Origin: Lama guanicoe
Lineage: Eukaryota
Direction of reading: 5' to 3'
NCBI GenBank assembly: GCA_013239625.1
Contig: MU053652.1
Span: forward strand, 4,765,902 to 4,825,901
Length of the DNA: 60,000 bases
Both the position numbers and the translations under genes were made by a program. Each line of letters starts with the position of its first letter. Within the stretch, counting starts at the first letter, position 1. Shown here one piece after another: positions 37,880 to 49,704 of the stretch. The notes under the pieces are model-generated. The model did no database searches, was not told the DNA's origin, and was given only the letters and a program-made list of their open reading frames with translations.

Positions 37880-38030
37880 TGTCCCCACAGCTGCCTGTGA
37901 GATAGGGGTGATTATTTCCCCCATTGTACAAGTGAAGACAATTCCCCAAGGTGTCACAGCCAGCAAGGGGTGGAGCCAGAATGTGAACCCAGGCAGTGAG
38001 TCCAGCACCAACGTCCCCCTCTTAACCACT
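37880..38030 (-). mobile_element. MIR
   Basis: cctgtgagataggggtgattatttcccccattgtacaagtgaag...gaatgtgaacccaggcag. Confidence 0.72.
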
Positions 38031-38364
38031 ATACTGTGGCATCCAAGGGCGTTGCTGCCCTGCCCACCGCCCAGCGCTGCTGTGAGAGCAGGATGGGAAA
38101 GCCCTGTGTGAATGCTTACGGGCTCATCACATGTAACTTGGGGTTCCTATTGATCAGGCATCTTCTCAGGAGCCCGGGAGCAAGGGCACCTGCTGAGGCT
38201 TCAGCCCCTAAGGGATGGCAAATGGGAGGGACAGAGGAAGGCATTCAGCTGTGATTTGAACCATCCTGGTTTTGAGTCATTAGCCAACTATGCTCAGATG
38301 TGCTAGGAGAGACAGACAAGAAAGGGGAAAGGATGACTGAATCTCAGAAAATGATTTTTGTTAT

Positions 38365-38590
38365 GAATCACTTACTCTGTTCTATGCACTCTGCAGGGTA
38401 CTTCCCTAAACCATCTCATTTAATCCATCTTCAAAATGTAGCTATTGCATAGGCATAATTATTCCCATGTCACAGGAGAGGAAACTAAGGCTCACAGAAG
38501 TCAAGAAACTTGCTCAAGGCCACACAGATGGTGCGTGGCAGGGGTACAGTTTAAATCCAGATGTTTAACACCAAAGCTCATGTCCTCTCC
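38365..38590 (-). mobile_element. MIR
   Basis: atctcatttaatcc...acaggagaggaaactaaggctcacagaagtcaagaaacttgctcaaggccacacag. Confidence 0.8.
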
Positions 38591-41069
38591 AGGCTCCCAC
38601 GTGGCCTCCGAGATTAGCACTGGTGTGGCAGTTACAAGATTAGAGGAGGGGGATGAGGGGGAAGGGATTCTAGAGGGGGCTTCTCAGACATGAGCAGGTG
38701 GGGAGAGGCACACTGCGGAGTGGGAAGGTCAAGGAAACCCCCTTCTCCACTTAGAATGTGACCCTGAAGTAATGGTTCCTAAAAACTGGGGTCCAAGACC
38801 ACTTAGGGAAGCTGATAAAAAGTAGACTCTCACCTCAGAAAGGATGCCCACATTTTTTCATGGTATTAGGGAGCTCATGGCTCCCTGAAGTCAACCCATC
38901 CATGCAGGGGCTGAGCCCAGGACTGGCTTTACAACTGAAGGACTTATTCTCCCAGCTGCGGGGAGAGCTGCCCCCTGACAGTTCCCGTCTCTCTTCTGGA
39001 ACTGTCCTTGACTGAAGAGGGTCACCTTGCCCGGTCTGTCTCCTTCCCAAGGCAAACCACAGGAGTTAACTGACTCTGGGCAGCTCTGAAGGACGCCTCC
39101 CCTCCTGGCTGGGGATCTTGAGAGCAGTCTCTAATAAACCTCCCATCTGCCACGCGTCCTCCCAGAGTCAGCTTCTCCCAGAACCTGGAGAACTTGACTG
39201 ACTAACCTGTGACACATGGACTCTATTCCTTTAATCATGACAGCAACTGGCAAGGGGAATATAACTCCTAGTTTAAATCCTGCATCTCCTTTTTGCAGGT
39301 AAGAAATCTGAAATGTAGATGGCTGCTTGCCCAAGGTTCCAGAGCTGGCAGTAGCTACAGTCAGGATGTGAACTCAGTCCATCCAGAGCCAAACCCTACA
39401 TTCACTACACCTGCTTTCATCTGAGAGGGGGCAGCCCCAAAAGAATGCACCAGGAAGGGGACACATGTTAGGCCACTGTAACATAGAGACAGAGCCCCTA
39501 GGTCCTAGAAGGGTGCCCCATCCTTTTGCTTCTGGGTTGCGTGGGTACATTTAGGGTCGGACAGTTAACCAAGCCACCCAGCGGCTGCCTTCAGCAGGGA
39601 GGGCCGATGGAGGTCTCTGGGCTCAGCTCTGACAGGGTCTTGCAGGATGGGGATGGCAGTGCCTACAGGTCACACTCTTACCCGGAAGGCTGAGACCTGG
39701 GTGTATCTCCCACCCCCGCTGCTTATTAGCTGTGTGGGTGGGGCTGGAGTGGGGGACGCTCACGTCCCTCTCTGGGCCCCATTCTCAGGAGGGCCTTCCA
39801 GGCCCAACTGCAGGCCGCAGGGCTAGTCAGCATTCCTCTCTCCACCCATTGCATCATTCCAAACATTCCTGCTCTTCTTCCGCAGGGCCTTTCTTCCAGC
39901 CATGCCACCTCCCCTCCTCAGTGTCGTCACCTTCCAACTCCCTGGATGTGCCCCATACTCACTGAGACTTACGTCCAGCTCACTGTCTTGCCGTCCATCC
40001 CCCAGCCTTGGCATCATTTGGGGGTGACCTCAAGATCATGCAGGAGGCCCATTCAACAGGCCAGCCCCAGGGCCCTGGGCCTCCTCCTCTCCAGCTCCAT
40101 CATCTTCAGCTGCCCTGTCCCCACGGGTCCCCTTTCTCCCGGTCTGTCAGTCACCTGAACTGTTCCCCCATCTCAGCCTTTCTCCCACATGAGAAAGCAC
40201 TTCCTGTGGTCCCAACAGCACAGACTTTTTGCAACTGTCAGAAACGTGGCAGAGCATGAAATCAGTTACGTAAGTTATCTGGCTCAAGCCATGGTGCATT
40301 CTCTGCTTTGTGACAGGGCAAAAATGGAAAATTTTGCCTCGAGGCAAGATGGAAATTTGAAAAAAGACAACCTATGCTAGCCATCTCACAGAGAGGCCCG
40401 GCACGGCGTGTGTGTCCATCGCCAACGTGTGGGACCCATTCAGCTCTGCGGCCCCAACGGCTGCCGTCCACACTCACCCATCAAAACCCCAGCCTCCCGT
40501 AGCTCCACAGGCCCTGTCCACTCACAGTTCTCCAAGAAAAAAAAAAAATGACTTCATCATCTTGCAAATGGATGCCACAAACAGCCAAGATGTTTAACCT
40601 CAGCGGGGCCCTGACATCTGTAATAATCCTTTGATCTGCCCCATTTCTCTCAGTAGCTGTTGTCAACTTCCACGGTTTGCCTCCAGCCCTCACCCTCCAA
40701 CCTTGGCAGACAACCATGCTTCCTTGACCTTATAAAAACTGAGACCTCCAAACCATGACCGACCTCAACTGATGTGACCTCTCCCACCTGCCCTGGACTC
40801 TCCTTCTGGGCTCAGCGTGGGCTGCCCTTCCTCCTATTTATGACCACCTTGCCCCTGGTGTGCTGGTCCCACTGTCTGCTCTTTCCACTAGTTCCATCAG
40901 TCACGTCCTCCTTCTCTATGTCCTCAAGTGTTTCCTCTCTCCTGCCCGTGTCCCCCCAAACCTACTCCTGTGCCCAGAACATATATTCTGGGCACAGGAG
41001 TCACTACGGCTTTGGTTCTTTCTGCCCTCGCCTTCTCAGCTAAGCTTTTTGAAAGAGTAACTTGTAGTC

Positions 41070-42830
41070 TCTTATACCAACATTAATGTGAAAAAATATA
41101 TATATTACAAATAGAGTCCAGCAGAAGAGTAATAAATGTAATAGTGTAAATGACAAAGTGAAGTTTATTCCAGGAATTCGAGGAATGTCAAACAAATCTA
41201 TCAACACAACTTATCTCAGGAATAGACTACAGGAAAAACATCAGATGACCAGTTGATAGACCCCCAAAAGGCATTTGCTAAAATATAGTATACATTTTTT
41301 AAAAATCTCCCTAGAAAACTGGGAATACAGTAATAATTCCAAAGAGGGCTAAAGAACAAATCCAAACCAAGAGCTAATGTCACTCTTAGAGAGAAAACAC
41401 TGTCCTTTAACTGCACAAAGATGTCCTTGATTCGCGCTATCATGAAAGACTGTGTGGAAGTAAGTTCTAGTCAATGCCATCATAAAACAAAAAGAAAAAT
41501 TGATATAATTATTGGAAAGGGAGGGTCAAAAACCTGATGAACTCCATAGAAAATCCAAGGATCAAGTGAAAATTATCATAAGTTTATTAAGGCAGGTAGT
41601 TACAAAAGGAAGAGAAAAATTTATTAGATTTTCTATATAGTGGTAACAACCAGTTAGAAAATATTATGGGAAAAAGGGTTGCATTTACAACAGCAACCAA
41701 AATATAAAATATTAGGGGTAAAAATCTTAACAGGAAGAGTGCAGAACCTCATAAAAAAAAAAGCTCTCACACTTTACTGCAAAATTCAAAGAAATAGAAG
41801 GCCATCCTTGGTTTTAAGATAAGACTTGATGTTGTAAAAATGTCAGCCTTCTCCAAATTCATCTATTTCCCACAAGTACAGTCAAACTCTCAATTGAATT
41901 TTTGAGTTGAAGCTGATCAAATGAATCTGACATTAATCTAAATGAATAAATGCAAAGAAATACATAAGAAAATTTAGGGGGAAGAAGACTGAATTAGAGC
42001 ATCCCCTGATGTTTGTCATATCAAATATGAACAAATATATTTTAAACCTATAGTAATTGCAGCAGTAAGGTATTGCTGTCAGAGTAAACAGACAGATCAA
42101 AGGAACAGAACAGAAAATCCAATTGGCACCTCAAGTCTGTGAGTGAAAGAATGTGTTGTTTAAGAAACCATGCTGGATTTCATGAAGACTGTTTTCTTCT
42201 GATTCGACTTGATTTACTAAAACATTGAAATTTTCCATATGTCAAAGACACTATATTACCAAAATATTTACAGATAAAATGTTATGATATCTGGAATTTG
42301 CTTCAAAATAATAAGAGGGAAATGGGAAGGATACAGCTGGAACAAAATTGGCTATATTTTGACTGTGGTCGAAGCTGGGTAGTTGATATGCAGAGGCTTA
42401 TAGTATCATTCTGCCTTCTTTTATATAGATTTGAAAATTCCCCAAATAAAAAATTTTAAATATGGTATGAATTAAAAATTCGAAGTAGGAAAAAATTTGC
42501 AATATGACACACAAAGATAAATGTCTCTAATATATATATTTCTCTTAGAAAGCAGTTTTGACCATTCCAACAGGAGGAAAGAGATGCTGTTGAGTGAGAA
42601 AAATCAGATTGAAAATAGCGTGCAAGGTAGGCCATCCTTTCCAAAAGAAAAAGAAAAAAAAAAAACCATCAGTAAAAATATCTGAAGAATATACACCAAA
42701 ATGTTAACTGTGATTTCTCTGAGTGATAAGACTAGGGATGGTTTTGCTTTCTTTTTCAACTCTTTCTGTATTTTTCAGGTTCTTTTTTTATGAGAAGCAA
42801 ATACTCTTATAATTAGAAAAATACAAAATT
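41070..42830 (+). mobile_element. degraded old L1M ORF2 and 3' fragments
   Basis: aaagtgaagtttattccaggaattc...aaaggcatttgctaaaat...gttgtaaaaatgtcagccttctccaaatt...acagacagatcaaaggaacagaacagaaaatcc. Confidence 0.8.
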
Positions 42831-43118
42831 TTTTTTTTTTAAAGGAAGGAAGAAAAGGAGAAAAGAAGGAAGGAAAGAAAGAAGGAAAGAAGGAGATTGG
42901 CATCATATATTCTTCCAAAGTTACTCTCCATCTATACAAAATAAATGTGTTTACTTTTTTAAATACAAATGGTACATAGCATGCTCTACACATTGTTCTT
43001 TCCTTGCCTTTTCCACTTGACAGTAGATCCCGGTTATACCAATTTAATCTTCCACCAATAATGCACAAGTGCACCCCATCCTTGCCAATACACTATTCTA
43101 TTTTTGATCTGTGTTGAG

Positions 43119-43352
43119 GTTTTTTTTTTTAACATTTTTTATTGATTTATAATAATTTTACAATGTTGTGTCAAATTCCAGTGTAGAGCACAATTTTTCA
43201 GTTATACGTGAACATATATGTATATTCATTTTCACATTTTTTTCTCTGTGAGCTACCGTAAGATCTTGTATATATTTCCCTGTGCTATACAGTATAATTT
43301 TGTTTATCTATTCTACATTTTGAAATCCCAATCTGTCCCTTCCCAGCCCCCG
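43119..43352 (-). mobile_element. young lineage-specific L1 3' end
   Basis: poly-T, aacattttttattgatttataa...ttacaatgttgtgtcaaattccagtgtagagcac...ccctgtgctatacagtata; TSD tgtgttgag 43110-43118 / 43353-43361. Confidence 0.92.
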
Positions 43353-43666
43353 TGTGTTGAGTTTTGATGGATGAAAAATGACACCTCATTGTGATCTTAA
43401 CTTGTAGTTCCCTCATTATAAGTGAGGTTGAACATCTTTTTATCTGTGCAAGAACAATGGATGTTTCTTTACCTATGCATTTTATTCACATCCTTTGCCC
43501 ATTTTTCAACTGGATTTTTCATTTTTTATATTGATTTGTAGTGGTTCTTTCTATAGAAAAGTAGACATTTGTCTGCCATATATGCTTGCCAGTGTCTTTT
43601 AGCAATTTATCATTTGTAAAATCAACTTGTTTACATGTGATTTTTTTCCAATGCATATGTGTGTAA

Positions 43667-43750
43667 TTTTTTTAGTTGAAGTATAGTCAGTTTACAATGT
43701 TGTGTCAATTTCTGGTATACAGCATAATAGCTCAGTTATACATAAACAAG
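43667..43750 (-). mobile_element. short L1 3' end
   Basis: ttgaagtatagtcagtttacaatgttgtgtcaatttctggtatacagcat. Confidence 0.85.
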
Positions 43751-43864
43751 ATACATATAATTTTTAAACAGTTGATTTAACTGGTCTTTTGTCAAAGGGC
43801 TTCATAAGCACACAGTCCTCCCCTATTCTAAGATTTTATATATATATAAATTATATATATATAA

Positions 43865-43915
43865 TTTTTTAAAACTTTTTTTAATTGAGTTATAGTCATT
43901 TTACAATGTTGTGTC
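43865..43915 (-). mobile_element. very short L1 3' end
   Basis: aaaactttttttaattgagttatagtcattttacaatgttgtgtc. Confidence 0.78.
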
Positions 43916-44964
43916 TGTATAAAATTTTTAATGCTCTATTTTTTCTTCTATTACTTTTATGGCTTCAGTTATAACTTTTATATATTTGTTCCATTATTTT
44001 GATACAGAGTGAAGTAGGAATCAACTTTTCCACCAGATATGTCTCCAGCTGTGCCCAGATGTATTTATTGAATAATCTGTCTTTCCCCTGCCAGTTGATA
44101 TGCCATTTTATGATACTCTAAACTCCCATATAAATTCATGCCAGTTTCTGAACTCTTTATCTATTCTATTGCTCTGACCAAATATTCTACAGTACCTCTC
44201 TATTTTAATTATGTTTTCACATAGGGTAAAGCTGGTGTCTTCTTACAACTCCTTTTTATGAGAACTTCCTGGCTATTCATGCATGTTTATTTTCCCATAT
44301 GAACTTAAGGCTAAGCTTGTCTGGTTTCAAGAAAAAAAAGTATCTCGATATAATCTAGATATTTAAGTGTAACACACAATTTAGGAAGAATTAACATCAT
44401 TATATTACTTAGGATCAGCATTTTCCAACCCAAGAAGGAGGTTTTCATCTCCTTTTGATGAATTCTTCTATTATGATCCTCAATGATGTTTTAAAAGACC
44501 TCATAATGGACTTTGCCCTTTATTGCTATTAAAATGGGTTTTTCTTTCCATTGTATCTTTAAATTTCTGGTTGTTTTACATAGGAACGCTGTTAATTTGT
44601 CAAATTAATTTTGCATCAACAACCCCATAGAATTCTTATTATTTGCAATTTTTTTCCATTGGATTCTCTTGGGTTTGCAAGTTATGCAATCACATCATTT
44701 TACATTAGTGATAAAATTTTACTTCCTGTTTTCTAATTCGTTGACTCATTTCTTTCTCGTATTTAACTGCTTTAGTTAATACTTCATCTAACTACTCCCT
44801 ACCCTAATGGGAATCCTTCTACGGTTTTATCATTAAGCTAGATGATGAATTTGGTTTGAAATAAATAGAAATAGAAAAATAATCAAAACACAGAATAGGT
44901 ATATCACAGAGTAGGAAATAAAAATGGCTCATGAATATATGAAAAGATGCTCAACCTCATCTAG

Positions 44965-45890
44965 GGCGCTATTCTCGGCCTGTCCTTTAAATGCTAAAAT
45001 CCAGGGTTTGGTCCTTGGTCCACTGCTCTTCTCACTGGATGCTCCCCTTGGGCCATTGTCCTTATTGTTCAACACAGGTAGATGTCTCCCAAGTCTACAG
45101 CTCCAAGACTGACCTGTCCCCAAAGCATGTGTCCCATTTGTATATTCAGCAGCCTCCTAGAAATCCCACTTGGGTTTCCTGAAGTCCCTCAACTCAACAC
45201 ATACAAATGGAATTAATTATCTTGATCACCAAAACTCCGTCCCATCTTAGTGAGACGCCCCATCACCTGCCCACTTCTCCCAGTAGAGAGCCTTCTCCCT
45301 CCTCCTCACTCTGCCCTTTAATCAATCATATATTCCCACATATTAACTTTCTAAAATTTTACTCTGCATTTTTTGGTGGGGGAAGGTAATTAAGTTCATT
45401 TATTTACTTATTTTATTTTTTTAATGGAGGTACTGGGGATTGAGCCCAGGACTTCATGTGTGCTAGGCATGCACCCTGCCACTGAGCTACATCCTCCCCC
45501 CTTACTTGCTAACATTTTAATTTGCCTACTCCACCCCCACCCGCTGTCCTGGTTCAGTCCCTCATATACTCCTCCACCTAGGTTGTTACAATGGCCTCCT
45601 AGAAGGATTTTCCTTCTTCATTCCTGACTCTTGTAGACCTAGCTTCCAGAATTATCACTGTCAAGGTGGATTTCCAAAACACAAATTCAAACATGCCACT
45701 TTCCTCAAAATAAGTGGTCCCTGTGGCACCAGGATGGAGTCCAAGCTCTTAACAGGGTCTACAGGGCTCCCGTGGCCTCCCCCGATCTCCCCAGAGCCCA
45801 ACTTGGACTCTCTGCTCTAGTGATGCTGGACCCTGCACTGGTCATCCTGACTCTAGCTTCATGCAACTTCACTCAAAGCATACTGCTCAC
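44965..45890 (+). mobile_element. LINE-2 fragment, interrupted by a SINE
   Basis: gtccttggtccactgctcttctca...ctcaactcaacacatacaaatggaatta...acaatggcctccta...aggatggagtccaagctcttaaca. Confidence 0.72.
45369..45501 (-). mobile_element. camelid tRNA-derived SINE
   Basis: ggtaattaagttcatttattt...atggaggtactggggattgagcccaggacttcatgtgtgctaggcatgcac...ccactgagctacatcctcccc. Confidence 0.92.
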
Positions 45891-47204
45891 CGCTTAACCA
45901 TATTTTGATTTGAAGTTTTTAAAACAAACAACAGAGTGTATGTGTTTGTTTATCAAACTAATATGTGCACATGGTTTTTTAAAAAAAAAACAAGTTATAC
46001 AAAGTCTGATAATGAATAGAAACCAACCTTCCCCAGGACCACCATTCCCATCTCCAGGATCACCTCCTGGAAGCAACCACTTCTAACTTTATCAGTCATT
46101 TCTTTTGGTAATTACTTTCATAGCTCTAAATATATGTATTTATAAAGTTATTTCTTAATTTATCAAATTTGTACATCATTGTTACTTCTTATATAACATC
46201 GCCCACGCCTTGCCTCTCTTTCTAGCACCATCTTTGGTTAAATAGTGTTTACGTTATTGTGATTATATAAACATGGCCACTGCAGAATCAATTAGGGTAC
46301 AAGGTTTAAATTTAGTGTGTGTAGATTTTTGCTTTTCCAGGAATTTCCAGTTGTCTTTGTTCTATTTTTGTCATGCTCGCCTTCAAACAATTCTCCATGC
46401 TTTCTTTAGAAGCTCTAATGCTTCAGGTACTTTATCAAGTTTCCTCACTTTCGGGAGACCCCTGCCATGAGCCCTCTCTCCTTGGGCTCCCACCTGGATG
46501 GCGGCTCCCTGGGCTCAGCTATCAGCCTGGACATCTCCCAACTGCTCTCCAGATCAGAGCCAGTGTTTCTGGAGTTTTCTGTCCCCCTTTCTTGGCTTCC
46601 TCCTTTATTTTGTAGAGTATGTTATTAACAACTTCCTTAAATGGTGTGTTGAGTCCTTATATAACCTGAAAGATATCTTTATTCTCTATTCATGCTTGAT
46701 GATAATTTGTCCTGTATTGAATTCTGGGTTGAAATTACTTTCCCTCTGAATTTTGAAGTTCTGGTCCCTTTGCATTCTAGGGTCTGATGTTGCCATGAAG
46801 AATTCTCATGCCATTGTAGTGTTCACAGGGATCTTATATTTTCTCTCTGCACATTTTTGGGTTATTCTCTTTATCCCTGATATACTGAAATTTTAGGTTG
46901 ACATACACTGCTGATTTTATTCTTTCTCCTGCATGGACTTGGAGCTCTGTAAAGAGCTCTAAACTTCAGGGTTGATAATTTTCCTGTATTATTGATTTGA
47001 TAGTTTCCGCCCTGCAATGCTCTCTGTTCTCTCTTTCTAGAACTCCTATTAGTCCAGTGGGAACATACCAAATTTATTCTGTTTTCATTTCTATTATCTT
47101 TTCCATCTGTCTTGTTATTCTGCTTTCTGGGTTATTTCCTCAGCTTCCAATTCTATTGAATTTTTATCTTCTGCTTTCCAGGAAATTTCCTTAACCTTAT
47201 CTTT

Positions 47205-47384
47205 TTTTTTTTTTTGAACAAAGATAGATTTATTCAGAGAGATTCATGCTCTATAGACAGAGGGCAGGCCGTCTCAAAAGGCAAGAGAGAAGCCTAGGAG
47301 ATACACATTTCATAGGCAGAATGCGGGCCATCTTACTCAGAAGGGTGAACAGTGGCCTCAGAGAATGAGGTCAGCTAAGAAAAA
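47205..47384 (-). mobile_element. polyadenylated ERV-LTR-like fragment inserted by L1-type target-primed reverse transcription
   Basis: Minus strand ...gagacggcctgccctctgtctatagagcatgaatctctctgAATAAAtctatctttgttc + poly(A); TSD ccttaaccttatcttt 47189-47204 / ccttaatcttatcttt 47385-47400. Confidence 0.75.
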
Positions 47385-48093
47385 CCTTAATCTTATCTTT
47401 TAATTCACCTGAATATTTCATTCTGACAGCCATTCTTAAAATGTTTTAATTTCCAAGAGCACTTTTGTGTCCTCTGAGTTTTCCCTTTTGGTACTGTCTC
47501 TGTGGACAATAATTAGAGGCTGTGTCTGTTTTGTTTGAGTTCTTTTCTGATTTACTTTTCCTCGGGGGTCTCCTTTCTCTGTGTCTCCCTCGGTTTCATT
47601 ATGTTGGAGGCTCTTCTTGGAGGTGGATTATCTTTGGCTGTGTCTATTCATATGTTGAAAACTAAGACACTGAAATGTCATTCGGGAGCTAAGTGTGCGT
47701 GGGTGGGGCTTTCTCTGTAGCTGAGTTTGGCTTTTGGGTTCTCGGTGGGAACCAGCTGTTCTGTGGGGATCCTCACATGCCTGCTTCCTGGAGCCATGCA
47801 ATTTTCTTGAGAAGAAACCTCCAGTCACCTGGCTGAGGGCTGGAGCCCTACCGGTAAGTGTTTGTTTGGTGGTACAGATTGACTGTAACGCAAGTGGACT
47901 TTCAAATAATCTCCTTACTCTGGTACCAGATATCATTCTTGCCTTCTGCCACCGCCAAGCCCTGGGGGCTCCAGGTCTCAGGGATTCTCTGGAGTAAATA
48001 AGCCCCTTTTCTTCCACACCCCCTTCTCTGAGCTCCTTAGCAGATGCTTTCTCCACTCCTCTACATGACTGTTCCGTACATCCACTTGCTCTT

Positions 48094-48213
48094 TTTGTTT
48101 GTTTTTTTGGTTTGGTTTTTTTTTTTTTTTTTGGTGGAGGTACTGGGGATTGAACCCAGGACCTTGTGCACGCTAAAGCATGCACTCTACCACTGAGCTA
48201 TACCCATCCCTCT
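48094..48213 (-). mobile_element. camelid tRNA-derived SINE (short form)
   Basis: tggtggaggtactggggattgaacccaggaccttgtgcacgctaaagcatgcactctaccactgagctataccc; TSD atccacttgctctt 48080-48093 / atccacctgctctt 48214-48227. Confidence 0.93.
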
Positions 48214-49084
48214 ATCCACCTGCTCTTAGTTTTCTAGAATTTTGTGGCCCCTCCCCATCACTGAATTTTTTTTTTTTTAAGAACATTCCCTTACTGTAAG
48301 TCTAGTGGGGTCTCTGGAAAGAAGGGCGATAGGAATGTGTTCAATGTGCCACTTCATGTGACTGTTTCACCACTGGTGAGCTCCCAGGGACAAAAGCTGT
48401 TCCTCAATCACCTTTATGTTCCCAGAGCTGAGCACAGTGAGTGGCATAGGTCAGCATTTTGTAAGTATCCATTGAACAGAACGGAACCTACTGGTTTCTC
48501 TGAAGCCCTTTTGCTTAATATAGTGCTTGCTTGGCCAGGATAACAAAGGGCACAAAACTCATGTCAGGTCCAGAATGGTGAAGAGCCTGCAGACATTCTG
48601 TCTGGAGAAGAGAAGACAGTTGGAAGGGGATGCCTAGGGGGATATGCTTGGGATTTCTGGCCACATACAAATATCAGAGAGATCTCATGCAGAAGAATTG
48701 AGACTTTCCATGTGGCCTCAGAGGACATAAGTAGGACTAGTCGGGAAGGGGAGTTATTAGATGACAGGTTCAGCTCCTTACGGGCAAGCTGCCCCTTCAC
48801 GTCTCAGCTCAGCCAGCTGCCTGATGATGGGAGAGACTCCCCAGAGAGGTGATGAGTTCTCTGCCCTGGAAATGGCCAAGCAATCTGGACAACCAGCTAT
48901 TAGAGTTGCTGTAGAGAGAATTCAATTCACTGGTTGACAGATTAGACTAAATTTTTTCAAACTCTACTAGCGTTAAAGCACTCTCTTTTATAGCAAATAG
49001 TTGATAATATCCTCTTTATTATGCCGAAATAAAATAATAGAGAGTAAAACCTACTTTAAATATTTTTTAAAAAATCAATACAAT

Positions 49085-49313
49085 GTAAATTGTTGCAACT
49101 ATTGTATAAAACAGGATGCAGGTTTCTGAAAAAACTAAAAACAGAATGACCATATGACCCATCAATTCCAACCCTGGGTATATATCTGAAAAAAACAAAA
49201 ACACTCATTTGAAAAGATACATGCACCTCAAGTTTCTAGTAGCATTATTTACAATTGCTGAGGTATGGAAGCAACCTGTGCCCATCAACAGATGAATGAA
49301 TAAAGGAGATGTG

Positions 49314-49362
<49 letters not shown>

Positions 49363-49704
49363 AGAATACTACTCAGCCATAAAAAAGAATGAAAATTTGC
49401 CATTTGCAGCAATATGGATGGACTTGGAGGGCATTATGCAAAGTGAAATAAGTCAGAGACAGACAAATACTGTGTGATACCACTTATCTGTAGAATCTAA
49501 AAAATACAACAAACTAGTGAATATAACAAAAAAGAAGAAGACTCAAAGATATAGAGAACAAACTAGTGGCTACCAGTGGAGGGGAAGGGCAATATAGGGG
49601 TGGGGGGAGAAGGGTTACTATGGGATTCAATGAAATCATGTGTGTGAACTTTTGAAAAGTGTAAAGCCCTATAGACTTTTAAAAATCTTTCATTCAATAA
49701 AAAC
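49085..49704 (+). mobile_element. 5'-truncated L1 (ORF2 end + 3'UTR)
   Basis: ccatatgacccatcaattcca...aaagatacatgcacc...tactactcagccataaaaaagaatgaaa...; perfect TSD aatcaatacaat 49073-49084 / 49705-49716. Confidence 0.93.
49316..49360. repeat. (AC)n microsatellite, about 22 units
   Basis: Directly visible within the L1. Confidence 0.97.

Larger units (their letters stand above)
42950..44860 (-). mobile_element. degraded old L1M (antisense), host of three younger L1 tails
   Basis: ccccatccttgccaatacact...agtgaggttgaacatcttttt...atttattgaataatctgtctttccc...ttttcccatatgaactt. Confidence 0.8.
45900..48350 (-). mobile_element. old L1M/HAL1-like relic with nested insertions
   Basis: cctgaaagatatctttattct...gaattctgggttgaaattactttccctctgaattttgaag...ttctagaactcctattagt...tttaatttccaagagc (antisense ORF1-like). 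Confidence 0.68.

Noticed and set aside
47628..48185. 185-aa ORF
   Set aside because: Starts in a SINE, reads its poly(A) tail as poly-Lys and continues into old L1-like sequence
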